From a virus, in the UHGV virus genome UHGV-0112510: a stretch of DNA of 25,380 nt. The stretch is one strand, 5' to 3'. Positions 8,718 through 18,347 of the stretch are shown here, in pieces; the stretch's first letter is position 1; every line of letters starts with the position of its first letter. The position numbers were made by a program, and so were the translations under genes. The notes under the pieces are model-generated. The model saw nothing but the letters and a program-made list of their open reading frames with translations, made no database searches and had not been told where the DNA came from.

Positions 8718-9197
8718 ATGACCCAGCATATTGGCGTAAAACTGATTAACGCCTTTCCGATGACGAGACAGGCATATAACGATTTTCGTGGCTGGCAGCT
8801 TCCTGCCGGAGAAAACGGCGAGGACGAAGGCTATCTGGTTGAATATCTGGATGGCGGAAAACCTAACACCGATCGCTTTGATGGCTACGTTAGCTGGAGT
8901 CCAAAAGAAGTATTCGAAAGGGCTTATCGTCCGGTATCAGGACTAAGTTTCGGCCTTGCCATGGAAGCGTTAAAACAGGGCAAAAGTTTGCAGCGGGCAG
9001 GATGGAATGGGAAAGACCAGTTTGTTTATCTCGTGAAAGGGGAAAAATTAGCGTCTGCGTTGGGTTATGGCTTTGGCGAATATGTTGGCGAGCCAACTTT
9101 CAATGACACGCTTGTATTGAAAAACTCACAGAACCGCCTTGCTACATGGGTTCCATCCATTGGCGACCTGATGGCTGAAGACTGGCAAATCATTTAA
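8718..9197 (+). CDS. hypothetical accessory protein; C-terminal half possibly DUF2829-like (Tad2-type fold), N-terminal part possibly DUF1737-like
   Basis: 159-aa clean ORF with ATG and upstream purine-rich RBS; motif ...FGLAMEALKQGKSLQRAGWNGKDQFVYLVKGEKL... recalled as DUF2829-like. The domain assignment is from memory, not a search. Confidence 0.7.
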   Translation: MTQHIGVKLINAFPMTRQAYNDFRGWQLPAGENGEDEGYLVEYLDGGKPNTDRFDGYVSWSPKEVFERAYRPVSGLSFGLAMEALKQGKSLQRAGWNGKDQFVYLVKGEKLASALGYGFGEYVGEPTFNDTLVLKNSQNRLATWVPSIGDLMAEDWQII

Positions 9198-9499
9198 CCA
9201 TGTAGTCATTACAAAGCCCATCAACGGGTGGGCTTGATAATGAAACCGGAATTTATTCTAGGCAACCAGTTACGGCAGTACCGCGAAACAACCCAAGCCA
9301 GTAAGTGGAGAAATAACACTGGCAGCCACTGAAAGATGAACCTCCTGCCTTATGGCAAAAAAGATTCTTTGTGGTGGCGGACTGATGGAAAGACATCGGT
9401 TATTGCAGAGACCATTCAATGAGTGGTCTCGACAATGGCTTATACCCTACACGGGATAACTTAACTGATATCCCTTTTAACGGATAAACGGAGCCAACA

Positions 9500-9742
9500 A
9501 TGGCAGAGATTATTCCCATGACTGAAGAACAGAAATTCCAGTTAGAGATTTACAAACTGGTCATGAACCAGAACGCAGCCGCAGAGGAAGCGTTTCAGTT
9601 CATTGGCACTGACGAGCTGAAGCTTGAGCTATTCAAAATTCACTTCCAGTCAGGTGGCGCTAATTCAGATATCACGACCCGCACAATCGAAGCGGTGCGT
9701 AAATCGAAGGAAGCGTTAGACCTGTTCACCACCGGAGCATGA
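9500..9742 (+). CDS. small acidic hypothetical protein (80 aa)
   Basis: ATG at 9500 with RBS ACGGAG (spacing ~6); predicted helical, net acidic; no recognised homolog. Confidence 0.5.
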   Translation: MAEIIPMTEEQKFQLEIYKLVMNQNAAAEEAFQFIGTDELKLELFKIHFQSGGANSDITTRTIEAVRKSKEALDLFTTGA

Positions 9743-9743
9743 T

Positions 9744-9923
9744 GTGAGCCGCGTAATCAATTTTGGTAAGGAGAAGAAATTCCCAATTACTCAAGAGCTA
9801 TACGAGCGGCTTGAAAGCGTTATTCATGATTATGATGGTGAAATCAGTTTATGCGAGGCGATTGGCACACTCGAATTGCTGAAGCAGTCACTGATTGAAA
9901 GCGCGAAAGAGTCCTCAGCCTGA
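9744..9923 (+). CDS. small acidic hypothetical protein (59 aa), GTG start
   Basis: GTG at 9744 one base after the stop of the previous ORF, GGAG at 9734-9737; translates (V)SRVINFGKEKKFPITQELYERLESVIHDYDGEISLCEAIGTLELLKQSLIESAKESSA; fills the gap to terS. Below the ORF-track cutoff. Confidence 0.35.
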   Translation: MSRVINFGKEKKFPITQELYERLESVIHDYDGEISLCEAIGTLELLKQSLIESAKESSA

Positions 9924-9940
9924 AATAACGATTAAGTGAG

Positions 9941-10369
9941 ATGAATATGGCGACTGAACCAAAAGCTGGTCGCCCCTCTGATTATATGCCGGAGGTGGCT
10001 GACGATATCTGCTCGTTGCTTTCTTCTGGCGAAAGTTTGCTGAAAGTATGTAAGCGTCCTGGTATGCCGGATAAGTCCACTGTTTTCCGCTGGTTGGCAA
10101 AGCATGAGGATTTTCGCGACAAGTACGCGAAGGCAACTGAGGCACGAGCTGATTCTATTTTCGAAGAGATATTCGAAATTGCTGACACTGCGATTCCAGA
10201 TGCTGCTGAGGTGGCAAAGGCAAGACTTCGCGTTGATACCCGCAAATGGGCGCTGGCCCGAATGAATCCCCGTAAGTATGGCGACAAGGTAACTAACGAG
10301 CTTGTCGGTAAGGACGGCGGCGCAATTCAGATTGAAACATCACCGATGAGCACTCTGTTCGGAAAATGA
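9941..10369 (+). CDS. terminase small subunit (Sf6 gp1-like)
   Basis: MNMATEPKAGRPSDYMPEVADDICSLLSSGESLLKVCKRPGMPDKSTVFRWLAKHEDFRDKY... HTH DNA-binding N-domain, recalled as Sf6-type TerS; alternative start ATG at 9947; stop overlaps the TerL start. Confidence 0.85.
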   Translation: MNMATEPKAGRPSDYMPEVADDICSLLSSGESLLKVCKRPGMPDKSTVFRWLAKHEDFRDKYAKATEARADSIFEEIFEIADTAIPDAAEVAKARLRVDTRKWALARMNPRKYGDKVTNELVGKDGGAIQIETSPMSTLFGK

Positions 10370-11781
10370 CCTCGATTAATCCTATCTTTGAACCGTTCAT
10401 TGAGGCGCATCGCTACAAAGTCGCCAAAGGCGGTCGAGGTAGCGGTAAGTCATGGGCAATTGCGAGGCTGCTTGTTGAAGCGGCGCGTCGGCAGCCTGTG
10501 CGCATACTTTGCGCTCGTGAGCTGCAAAACAGTATCAGCGATTCGGTAATTCGGTTGCTTGAAGACACCATAGAGCGGGAAGGGTATTCGGCTGAGTTTG
10601 AAATTCAGCGTTCCATGATTCGTCATCTCGGAACGAATGCTGAATTCATGTTCTACGGCATCAAAAACAACCCGACGAAGATTAAATCGCTCGAAGGCAT
10701 TGATATCTGCTGGGTGGAAGAAGCGGAAGCGGTAACGAAGGAATCATGGGATATCCTGATACCAACCATCCGCAAGCCGTTTTCAGAAATATGGGTGAGC
10801 TTTAACCCTAAGAACATCCTCGACGATACCTATCAGCGATTCGTCGTAAATCCTCCTGATGATATTTGCCTGCTGACAGTGAACTACACCGACAACCCGC
10901 ACTTTCCTGAAGTTCTCCGTCTGGAGATGGAAGAGTGCAAACGCAGAAATCCGACACTATATCGTCACATCTGGCTTGGTGAGCCAGTAAGCGCAAGTGA
11001 TATGGCAATCATCAAACGTGAATGGCTTGAAGCCGCAACCGATGCGCACAAGAAACTCGGATGGAAAGCGAAAGGCGCTGTTGTCTCTGCGCATGACCCA
11101 TCAGATACAGGGCCAGATGCTAAAGGTTATGCATCGCGTCACGGTTCGGTAGTTAAGCGCATTGCCGAAGGTCTGCTGATGGACATCAATGAAGGTGCTG
11201 ACTGGGCAACTTCGCTGGCTATTAAAGACGGCGCTGACCACTATTTGTGGGATGGTGATGGTGTTGGTGCGGGGCTGCGCAGACAGACAACGGAAGCATT
11301 CTCCGGTAAGAAAATCACCGCCACGATGTTCAAGGGCAGCGAATCGCCATTCGATGAAGATGCACCGTATCAGGCCGGAGCATGGGCTGATGAAGTCGTA
11401 CAGGGCGACAACGTTCGCACTATTGGCGATGTGTTCCGCAATAAGCGAGCGCAATTCTATTACGCGCTGGCTGACAGGCTGTATCTGACATATCGGGCGG
11501 TTGTCCACGGTGAGTATGCAGACCCCGACGACATGCTGAGTTTCGACAAAGAAGCGATAGGCGAGAAGATGCTGGAGAAGCTGTTTGCAGAACTGACGCA
11601 GATTCAGCGCAAATTCAATAATAACGGGAAGCTGGAGCTTATGACTAAGGTCGAAATGAAGCAGAAGCTCGGTATTCCATCTCCTAACCTGGCTGATGCG
11701 CTGATGATGTGTATGCATTGCCCGGAGTCGGCTGCGCAACCCGACTATTCCAGTTACTCAATTCCTTGTGGTGTAGGTTGA
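10366..11781 (+). CDS. terminase large subunit (ATPase/nuclease), Sf6/P22-type headful
   Basis: 471 aa; Walker A KGGRGSGKSWA, Walker B-like ICWVEEAEAV; C-terminal nuclease region. Confidence 0.95.
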   Translation: MTSINPIFEPFIEAHRYKVAKGGRGSGKSWAIARLLVEAARRQPVRILCARELQNSISDSVIRLLEDTIEREGYSAEFEIQRSMIRHLGTNAEFMFYGIKNNPTKIKSLEGIDICWVEEAEAVTKESWDILIPTIRKPFSEIWVSFNPKNILDDTYQRFVVNPPDDICLLTVNYTDNPHFPEVLRLEMEECKRRNPTLYRHIWLGEPVSASDMAIIKREWLEAATDAHKKLGWKAKGAVVSAHDPSDTGPDAKGYASRHGSVVKRIAEGLLMDINEGADWATSLAIKDGADHYLWDGDGVGAGLRRQTTEAFSGKKITATMFKGSESPFDEDAPYQAGAWADEVVQGDNVRTIGDVFRNKRAQFYYALADRLYLTYRAVVHGEYADPDDMLSFDKEAIGEKMLEKLFAELTQIQRKFNNNGKLELMTKVEMKQKLGIPSPNLADALMMCMHCPESAAQPDYSSYSIPCGVG

Positions 11782-11782
11782 T

Positions 11783-13981
11783 ATGGCAGAAAAAAAGATG
11801 ACTGACTGGCATCGCAAGGTGCTGTGCAACTTTGATAATGCCTGGTCAGCAACGCAGGATATGCGTGAGCAGATTATTGAGGCTCAACGTTTCGTCCGGG
11901 TATCCGGCGCACAGTGGGAAGGCAGCACAAACGCTGGTTACTCATTTGATGAAGGCAGGTTTGAGCATTACCCGCGCTTTGAACTGAATAAGATTGCCCG
12001 TGAATGTGATCGCATCATTGGCGAGTATCGACAGAATCGCATCAGCGTTAAATTCAGGCCGAAGGATGACAAGGCATCGGAAGCGTTAGCCGAAAAAATG
12101 AACGGCAAATTCCGCGCTGACTATCAGGAAACATCCGGTGGCGAAGCGTGTGATAACGCATTTGATGATGCCGTAACGGGCGGATTCGGTTGTTTCCGCA
12201 TGTGTGCCGATTATGAAGATGAAATGGATCCGAGTAACGAGCAACGCCGTATAAGCCTTCTCCCTGTTTACGACCCAGCGACATGCGTCTTCTTTGATCA
12301 GGACAGCAAGCAATATGACCGCTCTGATGCTATGTGGGCTATGGAAATGTTCTCCATGACGCCTAAAGCGTTCGAGGCTGAATACCCTGATTCCATCGCG
12401 GCAAGCCTTTCTCGAGATGACACTGGCACTCAATATGACTGGTCAACGCCAGATGCCATCTATGTTGGACGCTACTACGAAGTTCGCATAGAGAAGGTGA
12501 AGCTCACGGCGTGGCGCAACCCTGTTAGCGGAGAAACGGCAATCTATGATGAAGAGCAAATCAAAGATGTTGTTGACGAGCTGACCGATGGCGCATTCGA
12601 ACTGATTGGTGAGCGGACAGTGAAGAAACGCCGAGTTTATTGCGGTCTTCTGTCTGGTGCTGAATGGCTGGAAGAGCCGAAGCGTATTCCGGGCGAACAT
12701 ATTCCTCTCATCCCGGTATATGGGCGTCGTTCATTTGTTGATAATCAGGAGCGAATAGAAGGCCACGCAGCAAAAGCGATGGATGCACAGCGTCTTGAGA
12801 ACCTGATGGTTTCCATGATTGCAGATAACGCTACTCAGGCTGGCGGTGATGGCATTCCTGTAGTTGATGTTGACATGATTCCTGGTCCTCTCGCCACTCA
12901 TTGGGCGGAGCGCAACAAAAAGCGCCCGGCGTTCCTGCCGATGGTCAGTCTGAAAAACAAAAACGGAGATATTACTGCGCAGGCTCAGGTCAGCAGTTAT
13001 ACACCTCCGACACAAATGCCTCCAGCTCTTGCCGGGCTATTGCAGTACACCGGAACGGCTATTCAGCAAATTACAGGTGCGTCGCAGCTTGAGAACATGC
13101 CGAGCAACGTCGCTACCGATACCGTTGATAGTATCTTTAACCGGATGGATACGCAGTCCTATATCTACATGGACAACATGGCTAAATCCATGCGTCGCGC
13201 TGGCGTTGTGTGGCTTTCTATGGCGCGTGAGGTCTATGGCAGTGATACGCCGATGCGTATCGTTAATGAGGACGGCAGCGATGACGTGGCGCTGATGACT
13301 GGTGAAGTTGTTGACCGTCAGACAGGGCAGGTTATCGCTCTTAACGACCTTTCGCAGGGTAACTATGAAGTGACTGTCGATGTTGGTCAGTCGTTCGCTA
13401 CTCGCCGTGATGCAACGGTTAAGTCGTTACTTTCCATGCTGGCACTTATCCCACCAGGAACGCCGAAGCACGACCTTGTATCGTCGATGATTCTCGACAA
13501 TATGGACGGCGAAGGGATGGACGACCTTAAAGAATACAACCGCAATCAGTTGCTTCTGTCTGGAGTTATCAAGCCGAGAACACCAGAAGAACAGCAGATG
13601 GTTGAGCAGGCGAAACAACAACAGGCCAGTCAGCCGGATCCGGCTATGGTTGCAGCGCAAGGTCAGCTTCTGGCTGGTCAGGCTGAATTGCAGAAAGCGC
13701 AGAACGAACAGGCAGCCATTCAGGTTAAAGCATTCCAGGCACAGACTGATGCTCAGGTTGCTGCGGCAAATGTTGTGAAAATCCTCGCATCTGCCGATAG
13801 CCAGCAGAAATCTGATATCCGCGAGGCTCTGAAACTGCTCGGACAGTTCCAGCAACAGCAAGGAGACAATGCCCGTGCTGATGCAGAGCTTGTCCTGAAG
13901 AGTCAGGCGCAGGGCCATGCGCAGAGCATGGACATCAACAGCATCCTGCAAAAATCAACTCAGCAACAACCACAGCAGTAA
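11783..13981 (+). CDS. portal protein (P22 gp1-like)
   Basis: 732 aa; blocks shared with the P22 portal from memory (KKRRVY, EHIPLIPVYG, DPAMVAAQGQLLAGQAELQKAQNEQ); Gln-rich C-terminal helical barrel region. Confidence 0.95.
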   Translation: MAEKKMTDWHRKVLCNFDNAWSATQDMREQIIEAQRFVRVSGAQWEGSTNAGYSFDEGRFEHYPRFELNKIARECDRIIGEYRQNRISVKFRPKDDKASEALAEKMNGKFRADYQETSGGEACDNAFDDAVTGGFGCFRMCADYEDEMDPSNEQRRISLLPVYDPATCVFFDQDSKQYDRSDAMWAMEMFSMTPKAFEAEYPDSIAASLSRDDTGTQYDWSTPDAIYVGRYYEVRIEKVKLTAWRNPVSGETAIYDEEQIKDVVDELTDGAFELIGERTVKKRRVYCGLLSGAEWLEEPKRIPGEHIPLIPVYGRRSFVDNQERIEGHAAKAMDAQRLENLMVSMIADNATQAGGDGIPVVDVDMIPGPLATHWAERNKKRPAFLPMVSLKNKNGDITAQAQVSSYTPPTQMPPALAGLLQYTGTAIQQITGASQLENMPSNVATDTVDSIFNRMDTQSYIYMDNMAKSMRRAGVVWLSMAREVYGSDTPMRIVNEDGSDDVALMTGEVVDRQTGQVIALNDLSQGNYEVTVDVGQSFATRRDATVKSLLSMLALIPPGTPKHDLVSSMILDNMDGEGMDDLKEYNRNQLLLSGVIKPRTPEEQQMVEQAKQQQASQPDPAMVAAQGQLLAGQAELQKAQNEQAAIQVKAFQAQTDAQVAAANVVKILASADSQQKSDIREALKLLGQFQQQQGDNARADAELVLKSQAQGHAQSMDINSILQKSTQQQPQQ

Positions 13982-14071
13982 TTAACCCATAACGTGCAAT
14001 GGCTGTCTTTATGAGGCCTGGCACCCTATTGCCTTCCGATGGGCTGAACATCGAGTAAACAGGGGTAACAA

Positions 14072-14968
14072 ATGGACCAGATGGCAGAAAACACACCAGA
14101 AGTTGAAATCGAAACCGACGCGTCAGAGCAGATTCCTGATGATGTCGAACTGTCTGAAGAAGTCGAAACGGAAGATGGCAGTGAGTACTCCGGCAATGAT
14201 GCAGAGGAAGCTACTGAAACTGATGACGACGAATCAGAACAGGAATTCTACTTTGGTGACGAAAAGCTGGATTCGCCAACCAGCGAAGATAGCGCAGAGC
14301 ATGGACTGGTAAAACACCTGCGCAAGACGATTAAAGAGAAAGATCGCGAGCTGAAAGAGCTGATGCGTCAGTCTCAGAAACCCGTCGAGCAGCAGCCGGT
14401 AATCACTCAACCACCGCGAATGCCAAAACTGGATGATGAGGACATCGGTTTCGATGAAGAAATCTATCAGCAACGCATGGCTAAGTGGGCAGAGGATAAC
14501 GGAAAGTACCAGCAACAGGAGATGGCTCGCAAGCAGAAGGAGCAGGAGCTTCAGGCTGCTTATCAAGAGCGATTATCCAAATATCAGCAACGTGTTAAGG
14601 CTCTCAAGGTTCCTGGCTATCAGGAAGCAGAACAGGCCGTACTCGAGGAAATCCCCATCGAGACACAAAACGCGATCCTGTTTGAGTCAGAGAAGCCGGA
14701 AATCGTTGTTCTGGCACTCGGTCGCAACGCTGAACTGCGCAAGCAACTGGCAGAAGCTACCAACCCCGTAGCAATTGGTCGTCTGCTGGAACGTATCGAA
14801 TCGAAGGCCAGAATCATGCCAAAAGCAAAAACCACGGCAGCCACAACCCCGAAAGTTAAGGGGAGCAACGGCGCAGTAATCAATAACCTCGACAAACTTC
14901 TCGAAAAAGCGCGCGAAACCGGTGATTACACCGAATACCGGGCGGCGAAGAACAAAGCTAAAAAATAA
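14072..14968 (+). CDS. scaffolding protein
   Basis: 298 aa, highly acidic N-terminus, coiled-coil middle, basic C-terminal helix-turn-helix-like tail (KNKAKK); sits between portal and coat as in P22 (gp8). Confidence 0.8.
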   Translation: MDQMAENTPEVEIETDASEQIPDDVELSEEVETEDGSEYSGNDAEEATETDDDESEQEFYFGDEKLDSPTSEDSAEHGLVKHLRKTIKEKDRELKELMRQSQKPVEQQPVITQPPRMPKLDDEDIGFDEEIYQQRMAKWAEDNGKYQQQEMARKQKEQELQAAYQERLSKYQQRVKALKVPGYQEAEQAVLEEIPIETQNAILFESEKPEIVVLALGRNAELRKQLAEATNPVAIGRLLERIESKARIMPKAKTTAATTPKVKGSNGAVINNLDKLLEKARETGDYTEYRAAKNKAKK

Positions 14969-14988
14969 TCCATCGGAGCTAAACACCT

Positions 14989-16248
14989 ATGTCTAACCAG
15001 TTAACCAAAGACCTCGAAATCCTCTTTGAGAACGTCATTGATAGTTTTGAGGCGTCTAATGTCGTTTCCAGCGAGTGCAGTAAGTTCCGACCGGGCGACA
15101 CTGAAATGCAGCGCGCTGGCGACGTTGTTTATCGCCCTCAGGGCTACCACCTGAAAACCGTGAGCGGACTTGATCTGACTTCGGCCACTGCAAACTCACT
15201 CGTTCAGCGTCAGGTGCCTGCTCGCTTCCGCGAGCCAGAGAACGTCATCTACGAACTGGACGCAAAAGAAATGCGCGATTCGTGGCACAAAGAGCAGGCT
15301 GGCAAGGCGGCGGGTCGCCAGTTGGCGGCGTGGGTTGATAACATGATCGTCGATGAGGTGGCCTCTCGCTCCACCAACGTGGTCACCATTAAATCGGCGT
15401 CCACCGGTAACACTCTCGGCGAAGAACTCTGGAACGCATCGGCTGAAGTTGATGCAATGATGCTGTCCATTGGTGTGCCTCAGGGTGGTCAGCGCAAGGC
15501 GTTCTACAACCCGTTCAACTACAAAGACCTGGCTAAGGAGCTTGGCTCTCGCGCATATGCGGTCGGTAAAACTCTGACAGCCTATGAGAAAGCTCAGATT
15601 CCACCTGTGGCATCCTTCGATAGTTTCCGCGTTGATTATGCTGGCGCAATGAAGGCTGGTTCAGCTACCGAAGTAACGCTCAACGGCGCAGTAGCACATA
15701 AAGTTACCGCGATGGATTCCAACGGCGCGCCTACCGATAACCGCCAGGGTGACATCACCGTATCCGTTGCTGACGTACTGGCTGTCGGCGATGCATTCAC
15801 TATCGCAGGCGTTAACAGTGTCCACATGATCAAGAAGGTGGATACAGGTAAGCCGCAGGTATTCCGCGTCCTGGCAGTAAATGGCACTACCGTTACCATC
15901 AGCCCGAAAATTCTGCCACCAGACAACAAGGATAATGCGTCTATTCCTTACCAGAACGTTACCGCCAATCCGGCGGAAAACGCGGCGATCACCATCCTCA
16001 ACAAGAAGGCTGCGGCTTCCAACATCTTCTTCGCTGAGGGTTCTGTTGAGCTGATGTATGGCAAGTTGGCATTCCCTACCGGCCAGGGTCCGCAGGTTAT
16101 GACCGCAACGACCGAGCAGGGTGCGACCATCATCATGGCTTACCAGTTCGACGCTAAATCTGGCAAAACGTGGACTCGCTTCACCACGCTGGCTGGCGCA
16201 AGCGTACTGGTCCCGGAATTCACCGGCCTGGTACTGGCTAACCAGTAA
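14989..16248 (+). CDS. major capsid (coat) protein, P22 gp5-like
   Basis: 419 aa; position after scaffold; followed by a very strong terminator, typical of major capsid genes. Confidence 0.9.
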   Translation: MSNQLTKDLEILFENVIDSFEASNVVSSECSKFRPGDTEMQRAGDVVYRPQGYHLKTVSGLDLTSATANSLVQRQVPARFREPENVIYELDAKEMRDSWHKEQAGKAAGRQLAAWVDNMIVDEVASRSTNVVTIKSASTGNTLGEELWNASAEVDAMMLSIGVPQGGQRKAFYNPFNYKDLAKELGSRAYAVGKTLTAYEKAQIPPVASFDSFRVDYAGAMKAGSATEVTLNGAVAHKVTAMDSNGAPTDNRQGDITVSVADVLAVGDAFTIAGVNSVHMIKKVDTGKPQVFRVLAVNGTTVTISPKILPPDNKDNASIPYQNVTANPAENAAITILNKKAAASNIFFAEGSVELMYGKLAFPTGQGPQVMTATTEQGATIIMAYQFDAKSGKTWTRFTTLAGASVLVPEFTGLVLANQ

Positions 16249-16252
16249 TCCA

Positions 16253-16278
16253 AGGGGCTTCGGCCCCTCTTTTTTTTT
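16253..16278 (+). terminator. strong rho-independent terminator after the coat gene
   Basis: AGGGGC-TTCG-GCCCCT (UUCG tetraloop) followed by a run of 8 T (16271-16278). Confidence 0.7.
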
Positions 16279-16288
16279 GGAGATCGAA

Positions 16289-16477
16289 ATGTCTCAAATC
16301 ATGCTTTATAAGCCGGGCTCGATGATCACCTGCGGGCCCCACTCGCTGGATTACATCATTGTTGATGACGAAGAAGTTAAATCTCACCTGAAAAAAGGCT
16401 GGGTAAAAACTCCTGAAGAAACCGCAACGAAGCAAAAAGTGGCTAAGGCGGAAGAAGATGGCGAAAACGAAGGGTGA
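16289..16477 (+). CDS. small hypothetical protein (62 aa) between coat and head-completion genes
   Basis: ATG at 16289 with GGAG at 16279-16282; MSQIMLYKPGSMITCGPHSLDYIIVDDEEVKSHLKKGWVKTPEETATKQKVAKAEEDGENEG; overlaps the next gene start. Confidence 0.45.
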   Translation: MSQIMLYKPGSMITCGPHSLDYIIVDDEEVKSHLKKGWVKTPEETATKQKVAKAEEDGENEG

Positions 16478-16919
16478 TCTCGTTCTAAAGGCTTTACGAA
16501 AAGCCGGGCTGTATTCCAATGCCACGTTGACGGATGCTGACCCTCAGGCAATTGAAGATGCCATTAATGACCTCGAAGACATGATGGCAGCATGGCGGGC
16601 GAAAGGTATCGAGCTTGGATATCAGTTTGCTGATACAGAAAACGGCATCATGCCGTTACCTGACGATGATTCAGGTATCCCCGCATGGGCAAATGATGGT
16701 GTCGCTTTGAAACTCGCTGTGCAGGTGTGCATGGATAACGTCATTCAGCCGTCAGACGCTCTCCTTACCGCTGCTGACAGTGCATATCAGACAATCTGCA
16801 TCGCTTTAACCAAAATACCACCACTTGAGCGGCGAAATGACATGCCTCGCGGTAGTGGTAACAAAAGCGCGTTTACGTGGAATCGGTTTTACATCGAGAA
16901 AGATGATCCGAGTACGTGA
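16458..16919 (+). CDS. head completion / tail accessory protein, P22 gp4-like
   Basis: 153 aa; gene order and size as P22 gp4. Confidence 0.7.
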   Translation: MAKTKGDLVLKALRKAGLYSNATLTDADPQAIEDAINDLEDMMAAWRAKGIELGYQFADTENGIMPLPDDDSGIPAWANDGVALKLAVQVCMDNVIQPSDALLTAADSAYQTICIALTKIPPLERRNDMPRGSGNKSAFTWNRFYIEKDDPST

Positions 16920-16928
16920 GGTGAATAA

Positions 16929-18347
16929 ATGCCGATTCAGCAACTTCCGCTTATGAAAGGTGTCGGCAAAGACTTCCGAAATGCCGACTATATCGACTAT
17001 CTGCCAGTGAATATGTTGGCTACACCCAAAGAAATCCTGAACAGCAGCGGATATCTTCGCTCATTCCCGGGCATTGCAAAACGTTCTGATGTGAACGGTG
17101 TATCTCGCGGTGTCGAGTACAACATGGCGCAGAATGCTGTTTATCGTGTGTGTGGTGGCAAGCTGTACAAAGGCGAAAGTGAAGTCGGTGATGTTGCCGG
17201 AAGTGGTCGCGTATCAATGGCGCATGGTCGGACATCACAGGCGGTAGGCGTTAATGGTCAACTGGTCGAGTATCGCTATGATGGCACGGTTAAAACCGTC
17301 TCAAACTGGCCTACGGACAGCGGATTCACGCAGTATGAGTTAGGTTCTGTTCGCGACATTACTCGCTTACGTGGGCGTTATGCGTGGTCAAAAGATGGTA
17401 CTGATTCATGGTTCATCACTGACCTTGAAGACGAATCACATCCTGACCGCTACAGTGCACAATATCGTGCCGAGTCTCAGCCGGACGGCATCATCGGAAT
17501 CGGAACATGGCGAGACTTCATCGTCTGCTTTGGTTCATCGACGATTGAATATTTCTCCCTGACTGGTGCAACCACCGTTGGTGCCGCTTTGTATGTCGCC
17601 CAGCCATCGTTGATGGTGCAAAAAGGAATCGCCGGAACCTACTGCAAAACGCCGTTTGCTGATTCTTATGCGTTCATCAGCAATCCTGCAACAGGTGCGC
17701 CGTCTGTGTACATCATCGGATCCGGTCAGGTGTCACCAATCGCCAGCGCGAGCATTGAGAAAATCCTCCGCTCCTACACTGCTGATGAACTGGCTGATGG
17801 CGTGATGGAATCGCTGCGGTTTGATGCGCATGAGTTGCTGATTATCCACCTTCCGCGCCATGTTCTCGTGTACGACGCATCTTCAAGCGCCAATGGTCCG
17901 CAATGGTGTGTGCTGAAAACAGGCCTGTATGACCATGTGTACCGCGCTATCGACTTCATTTACGAAGGCAATCAGATAACGTGCGGCGATAAGCTGGAAT
18001 CCGTGACCGGGAAATTGCAGTTCGATATCAGCAGCCAGTACGACAAGCAGCAGGAACACCTGCTGTTTACTCCGTTGTTCAAAGCGGATAACGCCAGAGT
18101 TTTCGACCTTGAAGTTGAATCTTCAACTGGAGTTGCGCAGTATGCTGACCGCCTTTTTCTCTCTGCAACCACTGACGGCATCAATTACGGGCGTGAGCAG
18201 ATGATTGAGCAGAATGAACCGTTCGTTTATGACAAACGTGTTTTGTGGAAGCGAGTCGGGCGCATCAGGAAAAATGTCGGCTTCAAATTGCGCGTTATCA
18301 CGAAGTCACCTGTCACTCTGTCTGGCGCTCAGATAAGGATTGAGTAA
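16929..18347 (+). CDS. head completion / tail hub protein, P22 gp10-like
   Basis: 472 aa, same length as P22 gp10 as recalled; conserved gene order. Confidence 0.8.
   Translation: MPIQQLPLMKGVGKDFRNADYIDYLPVNMLATPKEILNSSGYLRSFPGIAKRSDVNGVSRGVEYNMAQNAVYRVCGGKLYKGESEVGDVAGSGRVSMAHGRTSQAVGVNGQLVEYRYDGTVKTVSNWPTDSGFTQYELGSVRDITRLRGRYAWSKDGTDSWFITDLEDESHPDRYSAQYRAESQPDGIIGIGTWRDFIVCFGSSTIEYFSLTGATTVGAALYVAQPSLMVQKGIAGTYCKTPFADSYAFISNPATGAPSVYIIGSGQVSPIASASIEKILRSYTADELADGVMESLRFDAHELLIIHLPRHVLVYDASSSANGPQWCVLKTGLYDHVYRAIDFIYEGNQITCGDKLESVTGKLQFDISSQYDKQQEHLLFTPLFKADNARVFDLEVESSTGVAQYADRLFLSATTDGINYGREQMIEQNEPFVYDKRVLWKRVGRIRKNVGFKLRVITKSPVTLSGAQIRIE

Noticed and set aside
11101-11739. 212-aa antisense ORF inside the terminase large subunit gene
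   Set aside because: Fully overlapped by a well-supported TerL gene with Walker motifs on the + strand; Arg/Cys/His-rich translation typical of antisense frames of GC-rich coding DNA.
13427-13951. 174-aa antisense ORF inside the portal gene
   Set aside because: Lies opposite the Gln/Ala-rich portal C-terminus, whose reverse complement is naturally stop-poor (Leu/Cys-rich translation); no RBS or independent support.
13560-13981. Gln/Ala-rich low-complexity stretch (QQQ.., AQAQ) that could look like a repeat or disordered insertion
   Set aside because: It corresponds to the known C-terminal helical barrel of P22-type portal proteins and is in frame with the portal gene.
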